This document shows positions 40,398 to 53,806 of a stretch of 64,000 nucleotides of DNA, in pieces; the stretch's first letter is position 1; the number at the start of each line of letters is the position of its first letter. A program made the translations under genes and the position numbers. The notes beneath the pieces were generated by a model. It was not told where the DNA came from. It saw only the letters and a list, made by a program, of their open reading frames with translations, and ran no database searches. The stretch covers positions 33,142,072-33,206,071 of the forward strand of contig NC_083442.1 in assembly GCF_020745735.1 (NCBI RefSeq), in the 5' to 3' direction. Source of the stretch: Hemiscyllium ocellatum. Its lineage: Eukaryota.

Positions 40398-41803
40398 CTG
40401 TGAAGTATACAAACAGAATGTTTTAAAAATCATATGACAAATACCCAAGTAGCATCAGCAAATAGGAATTTCACCTTCAAACTCCTGAAAGGTTGCAACT
40501 AAAGTCCTTGGAGACACAAGCGTCAATTCCAATGGACCCACCATCACAGCTACCAATTCCCCAACTCAAATATAAGAAACTCTCTTCTTATCCAATATCT
40601 TCACAAGATGATCACACAACACAATACAATGTTCCAAAAACAGCAAATGACCAGCTGAAAGGGGAATTTCTTCCAATCATCTGGCCAAATACTGCAAAAA
40701 GCCAACAGTGAAAATGTGTTGCAGTGGGCTGCGAACGGCTGGTTACTCCCCATCCTGGAAGTAAATGTGTGGGTGTGTGCCGAATGACACAAAACAAATC
40801 ATAATGTAGTATGGGCAGCTAAGTTTGCACAAAGTAGGGCTTCCACCCTCTCATCTTCCACCTGGGCAACCGACAGCTTGGAGGATTCAACACTGAGTTC
40901 TTCAATTTCAAATAACCTCCCTTCCCATCCCCTGACTCATTTCCCAGCCACTCCCCCTTCCACCTATCACATTCATTCCCCTCACTGACCAACCAGGTCG
41001 TACCCTCTACCTGTCTTCACCTATCCCCACTTCAGCACCTTGCCCCCACCACCCCCACCGCCTGTATCTGAAGCTCCCCCGATACCCACCTCTAGTCCTG
41101 AACAAGGGTTACACCCAAAACATTGTCATCTCCACCTCGTGATGCTGCCTGGCTTGCTGTGTACTTCCAGCCTCCTGCCTGTCTACTTTGGATTCCAGCC
41201 TCTGCAGCTTTTTGTCTCTAACCAAGCTCCCATAGTCCCAGCAGTGCCAGAGTGTGGCACTGCCAGTAATGGGCAGACCCAGAAAGCAGGTGCAATGGAG
41301 CCAGGTAACTCTGGAGTGTTGGGAAAGGAGGGCTTTGCTAGCTTAGGGAGGGTGGAGGGGATACGTTTAAAATAAACGATAGGTACGAAGGAAGAGGATT
41401 ACTATCACTGATGGGCAAAGGGCACCTCCAAGTTAATAAACCCATTCCTTCCTGCCATTTTAAACAGACAAAGAAATGTATTGCCCATTTCCATTTGCCT
41501 AACCATGGTTACCAGATAATGGCAGGTAATACTGGGTTCAATTGATCCTTTAACAAACTGTTAACATGCCCCATCCTACCAAAAGCACATCTGGTGGGAG
41601 CATGTAGTTTATTCAACTCATTTCACTTTGTGGGATCTTGCAGTGCATTCAACTACACAATTACTTTCTAATCATTTGCTATTTATGAGCTGTTTTTGCA
41701 GTATCATAAGAAATTAAATCAGTCATTGTGTAAAAACAAGTTCCTTTTTAAGTTCACCCAGTCACCAAAGGTGCATTCCATTGTCAATCCTAACTTCACT
41801 CAC

Positions 41804-41934
41804 TCGGCAGGTAAACACCACGTTCGTGGGAAGATGTTATACTCCTTTGGGAAGAGTTTCAGCATCCTATTCAAATTTCGTGCCAGTAGATCTTTCCTGC
41901 AAATCTCGCTCATTCCGGGAAAGTGATTGATCTT
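41804..41934 (-). CDS. TTLL13: TTLL13 exon (KINHFPGMSEICRKDLLARNLNRMLKLFPKEYNIFPRTWCLPA)
   Basis: Hallmark NHFPG...RKD...PRTW motif. GTGAGT donor, phases 0/2. Confidence 0.96.
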
Positions 41935-42601
41935 CTGCAGAAATGGAATGGAAAACAGAAATCAATAAATGGGGCACGTGTAAGAACTCCAAAAAGGAAG
42001 AAGAAACGCAGATCAAGAACAGCTGGAGAGAACGTGAGTTAGATACAAATGTACAAACGAGGAGCAAAAATAGGCCATTATTTCTGTCTTTCAGTAAGAT
42101 TATGATTGATCAGTCTGTACTTCAAACTTCACTTTCCCATCTACTCCTGATAAATTTTGCTTTGCCAAACAAGAATCTATCCACTCCATCAAATTCTGAG
42201 GCAGACAGCCTCCAATCATGCACAACATTCTGACAGAAACAAAAATCTCATCTCTCCCTGAGAGAGGGGACTCTTAATCTTTATACAGTTTTCCCTATTC
42301 TGGACGAATAAGAAAAACATCCTTGCCAGTAAAAACCGTTCAGTTCAATAACACTTCAATTAGGTCATTAAACTCCAGTAAAAGCCAGCCCAGCCTCTCC
42401 AACCTTTCCTTATAAGAGAACCTGCTCATTCCAGCTATCAAATTAGTAAACCTCCTTTGATTTCTCACCAACATGTGTACATCCTTCATTAAGTAAAGGA
42501 AGGAAAACTGTGTGCTTTACTGCAGATAGTTCAAAAGATACTAAAAAGGTTTCTTGGATTGAAAACCTTAGATAGTAGCATAAGGGGAAGGCTGAGGAAT
42601 A

Positions 42602-43546
42602 NNNNNNNNNNNNNNNNNNNNNNNNNNNNNNNNNNNNNNNNNNNNNNNNNNNNNNNNNNNNNNNNNNNNNNNNNNNNNNNNNNNNNNNNNNNNNNNNNNN
42701 NNNNNNNNNNNNNNNNNNNNNNNNNNNNNNNNNNNNNNNNNNNNNNNNNNNNNNNNNNNNNNNNNNNNNNNNNNNNNNNNNNNNNNNNNNNNNNNNNNNN
42801 NNNNNNNNNNNNNNNNNNNNNNNNNNNNNNNNNNNNNNNNNNNNNNNNNNNNNNNNNNNNNNNNNNNNNNNNNNNNNNNNNNNNNNNNNNNNNNNNNNNN
42901 NNNNNNNNNNNNNNNNNNNNNNNNNNNNNNNNNNNNNNNNNNNNNNNNNNNNNNNNNNNNNNNNNNNNNNNNNNNNNNNNNNNNNNNNNNNNNNNNNNNN
43001 NNNNNNNNNNNNNNNNNNNNNNNNNNNNNNNNNNNNNNNNNNNNNNNNNNNNNNNNNNNNNNNNNNNNNNNNNNNNNNNNNNNNNNNNNNNNNNNNNNNN
43101 NNNNNNNNNNNNNNNNNNNNNNNNNAGTGAGAGAATGTGANNNNNNNNNNNNNNNNNNNNNNNNNNNNNNNNNNNNNNNNNNNNNNNNNNNNNNNNNNNN
43201 NNNNNNNNNNNNNNNNNNNNNNNNNNNNNNNNNNNNNNNNNNNNNNNNNNNNNNNNNNNNNNNNNNNNNNNNNNNNNNNNNNNNNNNNNNNNNNNNNNNN
43301 NNNNNNNNNNNNNNNNNNNNNNNNNNNNNNNNNNNNNNNNNNNNNNNNNNNNNNNNNNNNNNNNNNNNNNNNNNNNNNNNNNNNNNNNNNNNNNNNNNNN
43401 NNNNNNNNNNNNNNNNNNNNNNNNNNNNNNNNNNNNNNNNNNNNNNNNNNNNNNNNNNNNNNNNNNNNNNNNNNNNNNNNNNNNNNNNNNNNNNNNNNNN
43501 NNNNNNNNNNNNNNNNNNNNNNNNNNNNNNNNNNNNNNNNNNNNNN
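42602..43546. other. Assembly gaps (42602-43125 and 43141-43546)
   Basis: Runs of N separated by 15 bp. No TTLL13 exon is missing, because the flanking exons join in frame. Confidence 0.99.
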
Positions 43547-43932
43547 AGAATGGAGAGTGTTTAGAATAGTGCGGCTATTGGCTGGAAGAAACAAAAAAAT
43601 GAAGTTTCAAGAAAGAAGTAACCACTGTAGTATTGATTTAAAAAAAAGGAGAGAATCAATAGAAACAAGATAAGCATGAAACTAGAGATGAGAGAAGGAT
43701 CACCTATCAGATTTATTGCAATGAAAACAAAAGTTCTAAGAATATCCTTGCTTTTTTGCAAATATATAATTAAAAACAATTAAAAGGCATTATAACAGCA
43801 AGCAGCGATCAAGCATAGTTTAGAAATTGTTCTTCAGAAACAAAATACCAGACCACGGGTATTTTTGATTTAACCCCAAACACCTCACGTTGCTAATTGA
43901 TTTTTTGCCATTTCAAATCCCATGAGCCTGAC

Positions 43933-44051
43933 CTGAAAATTTTTAATCTCCATGACTTTGTCATGAGAAACAGAGGAGTCAGTCCAGAACAAGATGCACT
44001 CTTCATCATCTCCAACTTCCTTTAGGCCATATCGCCGAGCTGCACGACGAA
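43933..44051 (-). CDS. TTLL13: TTLL13 exon (VRRAARRYGLKEVGDDEECILFWTDSSVSHDKVMEIKNFQ)
   Basis: TTL-domain N-terminal motif. ccag acceptor, GTCAGG donor, 119 bp, phases 1/0. Confidence 0.93.
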
Positions 44052-45125
44052 CTGGAACACAAGATCAGAGATATTATTATTATTAATATTTAGTGCATGT
44101 AAATCTCCAGAGTCAAGTGGTACAGTCCTCATTTGCTGCCTTTCAGATGACTAGTCCACTACGTGACATCCCTGAGCAATGTGTAACATTGTTTGTGTCT
44201 CTGTAAGAGAATTGAAGCTTTGACTTACATTGCCATATGAGAGAGAAGGGAAGGAGAGTGCAAGAGAGAGCAAGGGACAGAGAGATGAAATTCATACAGA
44301 GTGATACAGAGGGACAGAGATAGAAAGATAGGAATTGAGACACAGATACATTCAGAGAAAAATACCAAGACAGACAGGAGTGAGGAAACAGAGCTTGAAA
44401 TAAGAAAAGATAGAAAAAGAATGTATAGCACAAAAAATGCAGAGGACAAATTAATGTTTCAGAAGGTCAACAGGAGAACAGATAGAGAAGGGAAGAGAGT
44501 AGGACAAAATTAGAGAAAATGTTTTATACAATGTTTTATGAATGAATTCAATATTTAATTGTAAGGTAAGTGGAATGGATATCTTCACATTCAACAAACT
44601 ATCCAAAAGGAGCAGACCACCAAAATATACTTTGGTCTCCACGTCTTATGTACATGGAAATAGAGTGATGGGTAAATACATTGCTTGATGCAGGTCAGCG
44701 GCAGATATCAGAAAAGTCCTTATTTAATTTGCCAGTTGACACGGAATTATCTCAATAAATCAGCTATTCAGATTGACGCAGCCACTGAGAGACACATTAT
44801 ATATCTGATTGTCCAACCAGTATCCAACAGATAGTGAACGTGCAAGTTGGAAGGGGAAGTAGTAGCTGGGATTCTTGTTTGATTTTTGGTGGAAAGTTCA
44901 TGTGTTTGGACTCCAGGAGAACAATGGTTAGTACAAAGTTAAACAACCGCTCAACACTTGCTGTTTTAGATCATATACAGCACAAGACAGTAGGAGATTG
45001 CCAAAAGTTGGACACCAGGAGACGAAACAGAAACTTGGAGGGACAAAGATCAAACTTGCATTGAATACATCTATATGGCTCTGTCTTGCTCCCCAACCCA
45101 ATAACCTTAATTGAGTAATACACAC

Positions 45126-45166
45126 CACTTTCATACTTGCAGTTAAGCAGATTTATTCCAATACAC
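45126..45166 (-). CDS. TTLL13: TTLL13 exon (R-CIGINLLNCKYES-V)
   Basis: Matches the INLxxCxYESV motif. gcag acceptor, GTGTGT donor, phases 2/1. Confidence 0.9.
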
Positions 45167-45554
45167 CTGCAAGACAAAAGAGGTTGAGATCTCAACAAAA
45201 TAGGTATTATAAAGTTCCCTGTAAAAAAACTGACTGGCTTGTGCACAACATTGTTGAAGAATGGCAGAGACGCAAATTCAACACAATGGGGATATGGGGA
45301 TAGAATATGGAAGCACCAAGACAGAACATTTCAGAGTAGCAACCTGCAGAGTGGCAGTGAAAGGAGAAAAACACTGGAAACTGTGACAGAGTAAAATGAG
45401 AGGCTGGAGCAAAGTGACTGATCAACTAGAAGGCAACAGGTTTCACATAAATCTCATGCATGAAAGTGAGCAAGACTTTGGAGGCGTCGCCCTGATAGAA
45501 AAGCAGTTTCATAGAATCCACATTCAAATTTGTTCATATGAAAGAGTGATCATG

Positions 45555-45836
45555 AGGGAGGCTGGTCAGTGAAGAGGGTAAACAGCAAGGGACACTGGTC
45601 AGCGAGGTGGGGGGAAAGCAGGGAGCAGGGAAGGAGATTGGTCATCAAGGGGGCCAACAGCGAGGGAAACTGGTCAGCAAGGGAGATTGGTCAGCGAGAG
45701 GGGGGGCAACGAAGGAGACTGGTCAGCGAGAGGGGGAGCAGCGAAGGAGACTGGTCAGTGAGAGGGGGAAAACAGTGAGGAAAACTGTTCAGTATGAGAG
45801 CACAACCACGAGAGTCACAGGTCAGTGTGAGGGAGT
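45555..45836 (+). repeat. Imperfect minisatellite, about 30-33 bp unit (ggagactggtcagcgagaggggg...)
   Basis: About 8-9 degenerate units with a ctggtcag core. Confidence 0.75.
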
Positions 45837-45887
45837 AACTGAGATAGTATTCTGACAGTGAAGTTAAAATTAAAAGAGCCATTCTAC

Positions 45888-46193
45888 CTCCTTTTTTTTT
45901 TCTTTTTTTTCTTGAGCATTTCATCTTTAATAGCTTTGTTATTTCCCTCGGTTTTCTGATTGATTGTTATCTGTTCTTGCTTGTGAAGTCCCTCACGGTC
46001 TCTCAGCTGTTTACTCTGTTTCATGTGTAATCCCAAATCTCTGCCTGCTACATTCCTTTTCAGCACATTAGGTTGTTTCTGAACTGGCTCAATTTCATCT
46101 TCTGAGTCCTCAGCCATACTCTCGTCCTCATTCTCTGCTTCCTCATCAGCTGACTCCTCCTCAAAATCACTCTCACCCCCAGAAGCATTCATT
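45888..46193 (-). CDS. TTLL13: TTLL13 exon with acidic N-terminal segment (MNASGGESDFEEE...KKKKKKKR)
   Basis: Acceptor ctcacag at 46194, ATG at 46192, donor AG|GTAG. The poly-Lys run precedes the TTL domain as in TTLL6/13. Confidence 0.85.
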
Positions 46194-49095
46194 CTGTGAG
46201 ATGTAGAAATGGGTGAAAGGAACTTAGGAAAACATCTGTGATCTCAGAATGAACAGCAACAAAAATAATCTCGGTGGGCAGCACAGTCTCTTAGACCAGT
46301 CAACTCTGTGACCTTGGTTCAAATTCAGCAAATACGGCAACCTGAAAAGGTCTGGACACTCCACAAGTGCAGATAGTGGTGGAATTGTGCTATCTTTCCA
46401 AGTGAAGTTACCATGTGATTTTGAGGGAGTGTTGGGAGACAGTGAACCCATCCACAGGAACCTTTATCTTTCTCGATCACTGCTTCCCAAACATTTTCCC
46501 ACTGTGAACCGGTTTCAATACCCAAGAGTTGATGTGGGCCCATGCTGAAACCTTGAGAGCTATAGAAGCTTTAGTGATTGAGAAGGCTTAATAAAATGGC
46601 TGGAGAGTAACCTTTAATATTCAACTATTACAATTCACACAAATTATAAACATGCAAAAATCTGTGATTTAAATTTGAACTATTTTATGAAAATGCTATC
46701 CAACTCACTACCTCTAAGAAATGTGGGCGTGCATGTTGTGACATTGCTGTGATCTAGTCCTGCATGGAGTCACTCGAATGTTCACGCCTTCCATTGAATT
46801 CTGAGCCAGACAAAAAAAACTGGGCTCCCTCCAAGCAGATAGTGAGGTTGCCTGTGTGAAGCTTGTTCATTCTCCTTTGTTGTACAATACAGTTAATATC
46901 TGATTGGGTTAACTAATATATTGAGGAAGTTCTGATAGATTGTATCTGGAATCTTCCCCTTAAATTCAAAGATTTCAGAATGTTCCAATATATTTAAATT
47001 TGATACTTGACCCAGAAAAAGCTAGAAGATTAGGGTTAAGAGTTAACTCCTGGGTAACTATTCTCATTTACCTCTGCCTCAGCTCAGGTTCCTTCCTTTC
47101 TCCTACACTCCCTGGCAAGCCTCTCCCTGCAAGATCCAAAACTCCCCATCCCACCTCTGCTAGACAAGCTACCTCTCAGCCCAGACCCAACACTCAGAAA
47201 AAATCATTGTGAGAAAGCACATTCATTGAGAAATTCAGCAGTATAGTTTGACTAATGAGTGAAAATAGATATTATGGAAAAATAAAAGTTTATTTAAAAA
47301 TCATGTTTTTTTTAATTGTTCAAGTGAAAGTCTCTTTTTAATGAGCAATCCCAGCACAATGACATTTGTCTCAAAATGTTAAAAATGCAGAAAGCTCAGA
47401 GAAGCTGCAGGAGGGGTACAAAGTTGTTCATTGTGATAAAAAGGATACAAAAGCCACAAATTCGAAAAGAAAAACAGCACTAGATGATAAAGTATTTCCT
47501 GCACCTTTGAATGTATTCCTTCATTTTAAATACTTGCAAACATCTTTTTACAGCAAAAAATAGGAAGATAATTCAGAAACATTAAGAAACTTCAACTTTA
47601 ATTAATAAAAATTGAATCAAATTTCTGAATAGAAAAGAAGAAAGTTAAAAAAAATTAAAACACATTAATGATAAAGCTTTATTGGCAACACATCTACATT
47701 AGCTAATTTATTTTAAAAGCTTGCTAAAAATTCAACACTAATCTAATTGAAGGTAGTGTAAACATTTTAAAAATTGAACAGCAAAGCCAGCTACACCTAC
47801 AAAGAAAATATAAATCTTCAATGACAGTTTTCAAGTGAATCATTTAAATAATAGAAACAACTGCAGTTAAGTACAATGACGGTGGAGAAAGAGATAATAT
47901 CTTGGAGCAGATTTAAAATCACAAATGTTCAGGCAAGGATTTGAACTGGACTATATGGAAGAGATACATTCATATGATATAGAATTGCTTAAAAATCATA
48001 GGAAATAAAAACAAAGAACAAGAACATTTCTTTACTCTGCATGTCTAGTAGAAAATAATGTTTTAAAATAACAGAATAAAAGAGAAGAGACAGACACCTT
48101 TTTAAGAACATTTCACAATTCTATTACATAAAATATAAATTGTATAACAGACTGCAAGATTTAATGGAACAATGCAGCTCCCAGGAGAATCTGTTGACAA
48201 CATTATTAATCATTAATATTGTCAGAATGTTGTGCTTATGTTGATTTAAAAATCAGAATTAATTCAAGACAGACAGAATGGTCAGAATTTCTGATTCATC
48301 TCTTTCAGACATATTAGAACCCATGCCAAGACACACCATCCTGAGTTGGAAATATATTGCCAATGCTTTACTGTCACTGGCACAAAATCCTGGACCCCCC
48401 CCCCCCCCCTCTCCTGTAACAGCACTGTGGGCATACCTCTACCCAAAGGACTGCAGCAAATGGCAACTTCCGACCATGGTCTCAAGGACAATTAGGTACA
48501 GGCAATAAATGCTCAAATCACCTGAATTAAATTAAGAAATCCACAGTAGACAAAGCATGCTACTGCCTGCTGGGGATGCAGCCTGCTTACTATCGGAACA
48601 CAATAACTGTGCTGGAAAACAACTTAATGCCCAAAATGAAGTGAAGTACTGTCACAGGTCATTGTAAACCATACTGCAAAGTGACTCCAACAGCACAAAC
48701 GTGTGCTGCAACAAACAAATTCTAATTGTCAGAATGGATAAATGCATCTACTTGTGTGCTACTGAGACATTTAGATCTAGAAGATCTCAGAATCAGTTCT
48801 CAGTATAGGTGAAGTTAGGCAATGGCACTTGAGCTCAGCACTGGGTTTGAGAAAATTAAAGTGGCCAAAGACTTACTCAGAATCAATATCCAGCGATTCC
48901 AGTGTGGCTGAGATTCAGAGTCATTGGCTATTTTATGAAGAAAGGTTGGATAAGTTGAGGCAGATGAATGAGAAGTAAGCTTGCTGAAACATACAAAATC
49001 CAGAGGGGATTTAATAGGGCTGATAGTGAAAGGATGTTCCCTTTGTGAAAACTGGAATTAGGGTACAGAGTTTAAAATTAAGGGGTCTCACATTT

Positions 49096-49495
49096 CTAGG
49101 TGACATCCTCAGTGCTTGGGAGCCTCCTGTGAAGCTTCCTCCAGCATTTATACTGGTTTGTCTCTGCCGCTTCCGGTTGTCAGTTGCTGTCCGCTGCAGT
49201 GGCCGGTATATTGGGTCCAGGTCGACGTGTTTGTTGATATCAACAAACACTATCAACAAACACATCGACCTGGACCCAATATACCGGCCACTGCAGCGGA
49301 CAGCAACTGACAACCGGAAGCGGCAGAGACAAGCCACTATAAATGCTAGAGGAAAGATCACAGAAGCGCTTCACAGGAGGCTCCCAAGCACTGAGGATGT
49401 CACCTAGACAGGGGACGAAACGTTTGCAACAAAAACTCCCAGCTCGGCGAACAGAACAACAACGAGCACCCGAGCTACAAATCTTCTCCCAAACT
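49096..49495. mobile_element. PLE family A fold-back inserted into a CR1 remnant; hammerhead at 49388-49427 (+)
   Basis: Perfect 18-bp TSD ttaaggggtctcacattt (49078-49095 / 49496-49513) and about 150-bp inverted arms. Confidence 0.87.
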
Positions 49496-50229
49496 TTAAG
49501 GGGTCTCACATTTAAGACAGGGATAATGTTATTTTCTCTCTGACTTTCGTGAATCTACGAAACTCTTTTACATGGGGTGCAGTGGAGGCAAAGTCATTCT
49601 ATATTTTTAAAGTCGAATTAGATAGATTCTTGACTAACAGAAGATTTAAAGGTTATCGGGGATAGGTTGGAAAATGGAGTAGAGACCACAATCAGATCAG
49701 CCATGATTCTACCAAATGGCAAAGCAAGTATGTGGGGAGGAATAGCCCACTGCTACTTTTAGCTCATATTTATATATATGCGAGTTTTGAGAACTGGAAT
49801 ACATTCAAACTGGAACTCTATCAACAAACACATCAACTTGGACCCCATTTACCACCCACTGAGAAAAAGAATACAAAATAACATCACACAGGAAATAACA
49901 TCACCAAGCCATGGAAACCTAAACACAAATAGAAATGGGTCACTAATACAAGTGCTCCACTGGAGACTCACTGATGTTACTAGTATGGTGACGAAATGTC
50001 TGAAGATGTACCTTCCAGCTCAGCAAGCAAACTTACAAAGATATATATGAATCTGGATGTATCAGACATTTTATGGTGTCTTGTGTAACAGAACAGGCTG
50101 CTATCATTCACCATCTCACCACTTGGGCAATTTCCCAGAGGGTATTACACATTTAAAATGCAGGGCAGAATTAACTTGAATCCCACTTAATTGGTGTAAT
50201 TTCCATTCCCATAAAATTAGATCATCTAC

Positions 50230-50384
50230 CTTTTGCACTTCTGGCGAAGGGTCTTTCTCCTTACTCCTGAAATTTTAATTTGTCTTTTCCCTTTTCTGAT
50301 CCGTGACAGGGATTTGGGGCATTTTCTCTCAGACCTGCAGTGTCTTCTTTTAGTGGTGTGATGTTTCTGCCGCAGCCAGAATAA
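50230..50384 (-). CDS. TTLL13: TTLL13 tentative exon 2 (LFWLRQKHH...RRKTLRQKCK), phase 0 to 2
   Basis: Pyrimidine tract followed by a weak AAG acceptor; donor AAG|GTAGAT. The frame is open and links exon 1 in frame to the 46193 exon. No homology evidence. Confidence 0.35.
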
Positions 50385-53300
50385 CTTCGTAAAGAGGGAT
50401 GAATGTTATCACGGTTATCATGTTATCGTGTCATTCTATTTCCTACTACCTCTAACTTAGCTCTAAGTTCACTCTTTCAACAAAGACTCAGCTCAGAAAT
50501 TAGCTTTGCTAATCTCTCCACAGACATTATTTGACATCTGTTTTCAGCTCTTTCAGATCTTACACTAACATCACAAAATTTTATTACGTTGTGTTTGAGA
50601 CAGCTGAAGGGGAGGTGATGGCATAGTGGTCATATTGCTGTACTAGTAATCTGGAGCCACAGGCTATTTTTCTGGGGATATGGATCCAAATCCCACTGCA
50701 GATGGTAAAAATTTGAATTCAATGAAAAATCAGGGATAAAAGCTAACCTAACAGTGAACATATAACCACAGTTGATGTTGATAAAATCAATTTTGTTGAG
50801 TAATGCTTTCGTTCTGAATTTATTTCTTATTTTTCTAATTTATTCCTAAGACTTTGTACCTAGATACCTTTTGTAGCCAAGATGATGCAAAAGGTCTGTA
50901 ATGTTGGACCATTTTTCTTTATTTTTCTAATTTATTCCTCAGAATCTGTACCTACGTAACTTTGTACCAAAGATAGCACTGGAAGCAGTGACTTTGTAAA
51001 CTTTTCATTGTCTTCATGTCATTCTAATGTCCTTTAGGGAAGGAAATCTGCCATCCTTACCTGGTATGGCCTCTGTGCGACTCCAGACTCACGGCAATGT
51101 GGTTGACTCTTAACCTTCTTCAGGTTAATTAAGGATGGGCAATATATTTTGCCAAACCAATGATGCCCACAGCCCATGAACAAATAAAAAGAAAGCTATG
51201 TTCCATTACGCAACATCAGAAGCAGAAGTAAGAGTAGGCCTTCTCACATATGGTCTCTAGGTCTTCTTCATCATTCAGTAATTTCACAGTACCACTTTCC
51301 ACCTCACACTATAACTATACCACTGGATTCTCTAATTGGAATGAAAACATCTACCCTCTAAGTCTTCAAATATTCAATGACTGAAAATCCACAGTTCTCT
51401 TTGGCAAAGGATTGCAAAGACTCAGTTCTTGGCGTGAAAAAATTTCTCCCGATCTCAGACCTAAATGGCAGACCATTATGAGAACTATGATCCAAGCCAG
51501 GAGGAAACAGCCCATCATCAGCTATTCTAGGACCATAAAATATAAGAGTAAAATTAGGCCATACAGCCCATCGAGTCTACTCCACCATTTGATCACAGCT
51601 GACGTTTCTCAACCTTGTTCTCTTGCCTTCGCCCCATAATCTTTCATCATCTTACTAATCAAAAACCAATCCATCTCAGTCTTAAATACACTCAATGACT
51701 TGGCTTACACAGCCTTTTGCAGCAAAGAGTTCCACAGATTAACCAGCGTCTGGCTGAAGAAATTCATCCTGTCAAGCACTGGCAAGATGTTCAGTCTTTC
51801 AAATACCACCTTATTTTTATTTTTCTTGGGATATGAACATCACTGACAAGACTTATCAAAATCTGAATGAAGTCAACCTGAGCAAAAAGAATCTGGAATC
51901 AGCTGTAGGCCATTGAGGTAAGGACGGCAGATTTCATTGGTGTACCAAGAGAGTTTTGCAACAATCTAGCAGCATCCTGGCCAGATTCATTGATTAGTTG
52001 TATTTCAACTTCCCCAACTGCCCTGGTGAAATTAGAACTCATGTCTCTGGCACATTAGTCTAGCGCTCAGGGATTACATGTCCAGTAACAGTACCACCAT
52101 GCCACCATGTACTTCACCCAAGTGTGATCAACATGGAGATTGAAATGGCTGCAGTTCAACAGTTTGATTGTTATTCTGATCTCAGCAGGAAGTTCTGCTA
52201 ATATGTTGCATCAGTGATCTCCAAGATGTGCCTCCCCAGACAGTGGAATTCCAGTTAGGTAATGACAACCATTAAAGACAAAGAAAAGAGACATAACAGG
52301 GATAATCAAGCGGGAATTTACTGTTCCCAGGCTCCTTCCATAAATATTTCAGAGCAAAATAAATGGTTCAATAACCTATCTTTCTGATGAGGGAATAGCT
52401 TGTGGGTAAAGGAAGTTATTCAAACTCTCAAATCTCAGTAAAATTATATCATAGGAATAACCATTCAATTGAATGCACTGATATTTAAATGCAGTGAAAC
52501 ATTCCTAAGCACTTCATTGGAATTGAGGAGTAGAAATAGGGACTAACAAAAATTAATTTGGTCCCAATTGATGAAGACACATAACAAGGGGCCATCAAAA
52601 GCTTGATCAAATAGACTAAAGATGGGTGAGGATGGGAACAGCAGGGTGGCCTTCCACAAGTGCTCACTGAACTGTCAAGACCTACAATGTGAGCAGCTTG
52701 CAAATGTGCAATCGAAATTTCTTCCAAGGAGGTTCGGAGCCAACAAGACAATGCAAGGCAAAATATGAAAGTTTGAGCCAAAGAAATCCCTCTCTCACAC
52801 AAAAACAGAAATTGCTGGAGGAACTCAGTCGGTCTGTCAGCACATGCAGAGAGAAAGCAGAGGTACCATTTCAGGTCCAGTGAACCTTCAAAATTGATAG
52901 TAACTATGAAATATGCTAAAGATGAGTGTGGAGTGAAGATAGAAAGAAATGATAGGTAGAGTAGGGGGGCCAGAGAGAGAAGACAGCAGTTGGATGGATT
53001 GCCGGCATAGTGGTCATGTCTAAGTGGGATGGTCTTCAGAGGGTTGGTACAGACACGATGGACTGAATAGCCTCTACCTTCATGCAGGGATTCTATAATT
53101 CAAACAAAGGAATGGATATTGATGAGCCAGGACTTAGAAAACTGTTAATTGGGACCATTAGTGGGTGAAAATGGGTTAGCTGTGATGAAAGCAGCCCATG
53201 TGATGACAGGGCTAGGGATGTGGTGAGTGAGTAAAGGACATGGGAGAAGGTGGTCAGGATCTAAAATTATTGAACTCGATATTGAGTCCTGAAGGCACTG

Positions 53301-53806
53301 GGATCCCCTAGTAGATAATGAGATGCTGTTCTTCCAGGTTGTACTTCACTGGAACACTGAAGGGCCCCAGACATAGATGCTGGCCAAAACCCCTTGTCTA
53401 AACCTGTGGCTCGCTGTTGTTGAGGCTGAAAACAAAAAAATGCTGGAGATCACATCGGGGTCAGGCAGCAACCATGGATAGAGAGCAAGCTAATGTTCCC
53501 AGTCTAGATGACTCTTTATCAGAGCTGCTGTTCAATGCAGGGACGAGACAGGTGTTTCTACTGTAGGAAAGGCTAGGACCTGAGGGCACAGCCTTATAAT
53601 AATAAAGATTAGACCTTTTAGAATGGAGATAAGGATAAACTTCTTCAGCCAGAGAGTGGTAAATCTATGATACTCATTGCCAGAGCAAGCAGTGGAGGCG
53701 GGTCATTGAGTATATTTAAGACTGAGATCGATAAAGTTCTTGAGTATCAAGGGCCTCAAGGGTTACAGGGAGAAAGCAGGAGAATGGGATTGATAAACTT
53801 AATAGC

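Noticed and set aside
42443-43673. ORFs of 145-383 aa
   Set aside because: Artefacts of the N gaps.
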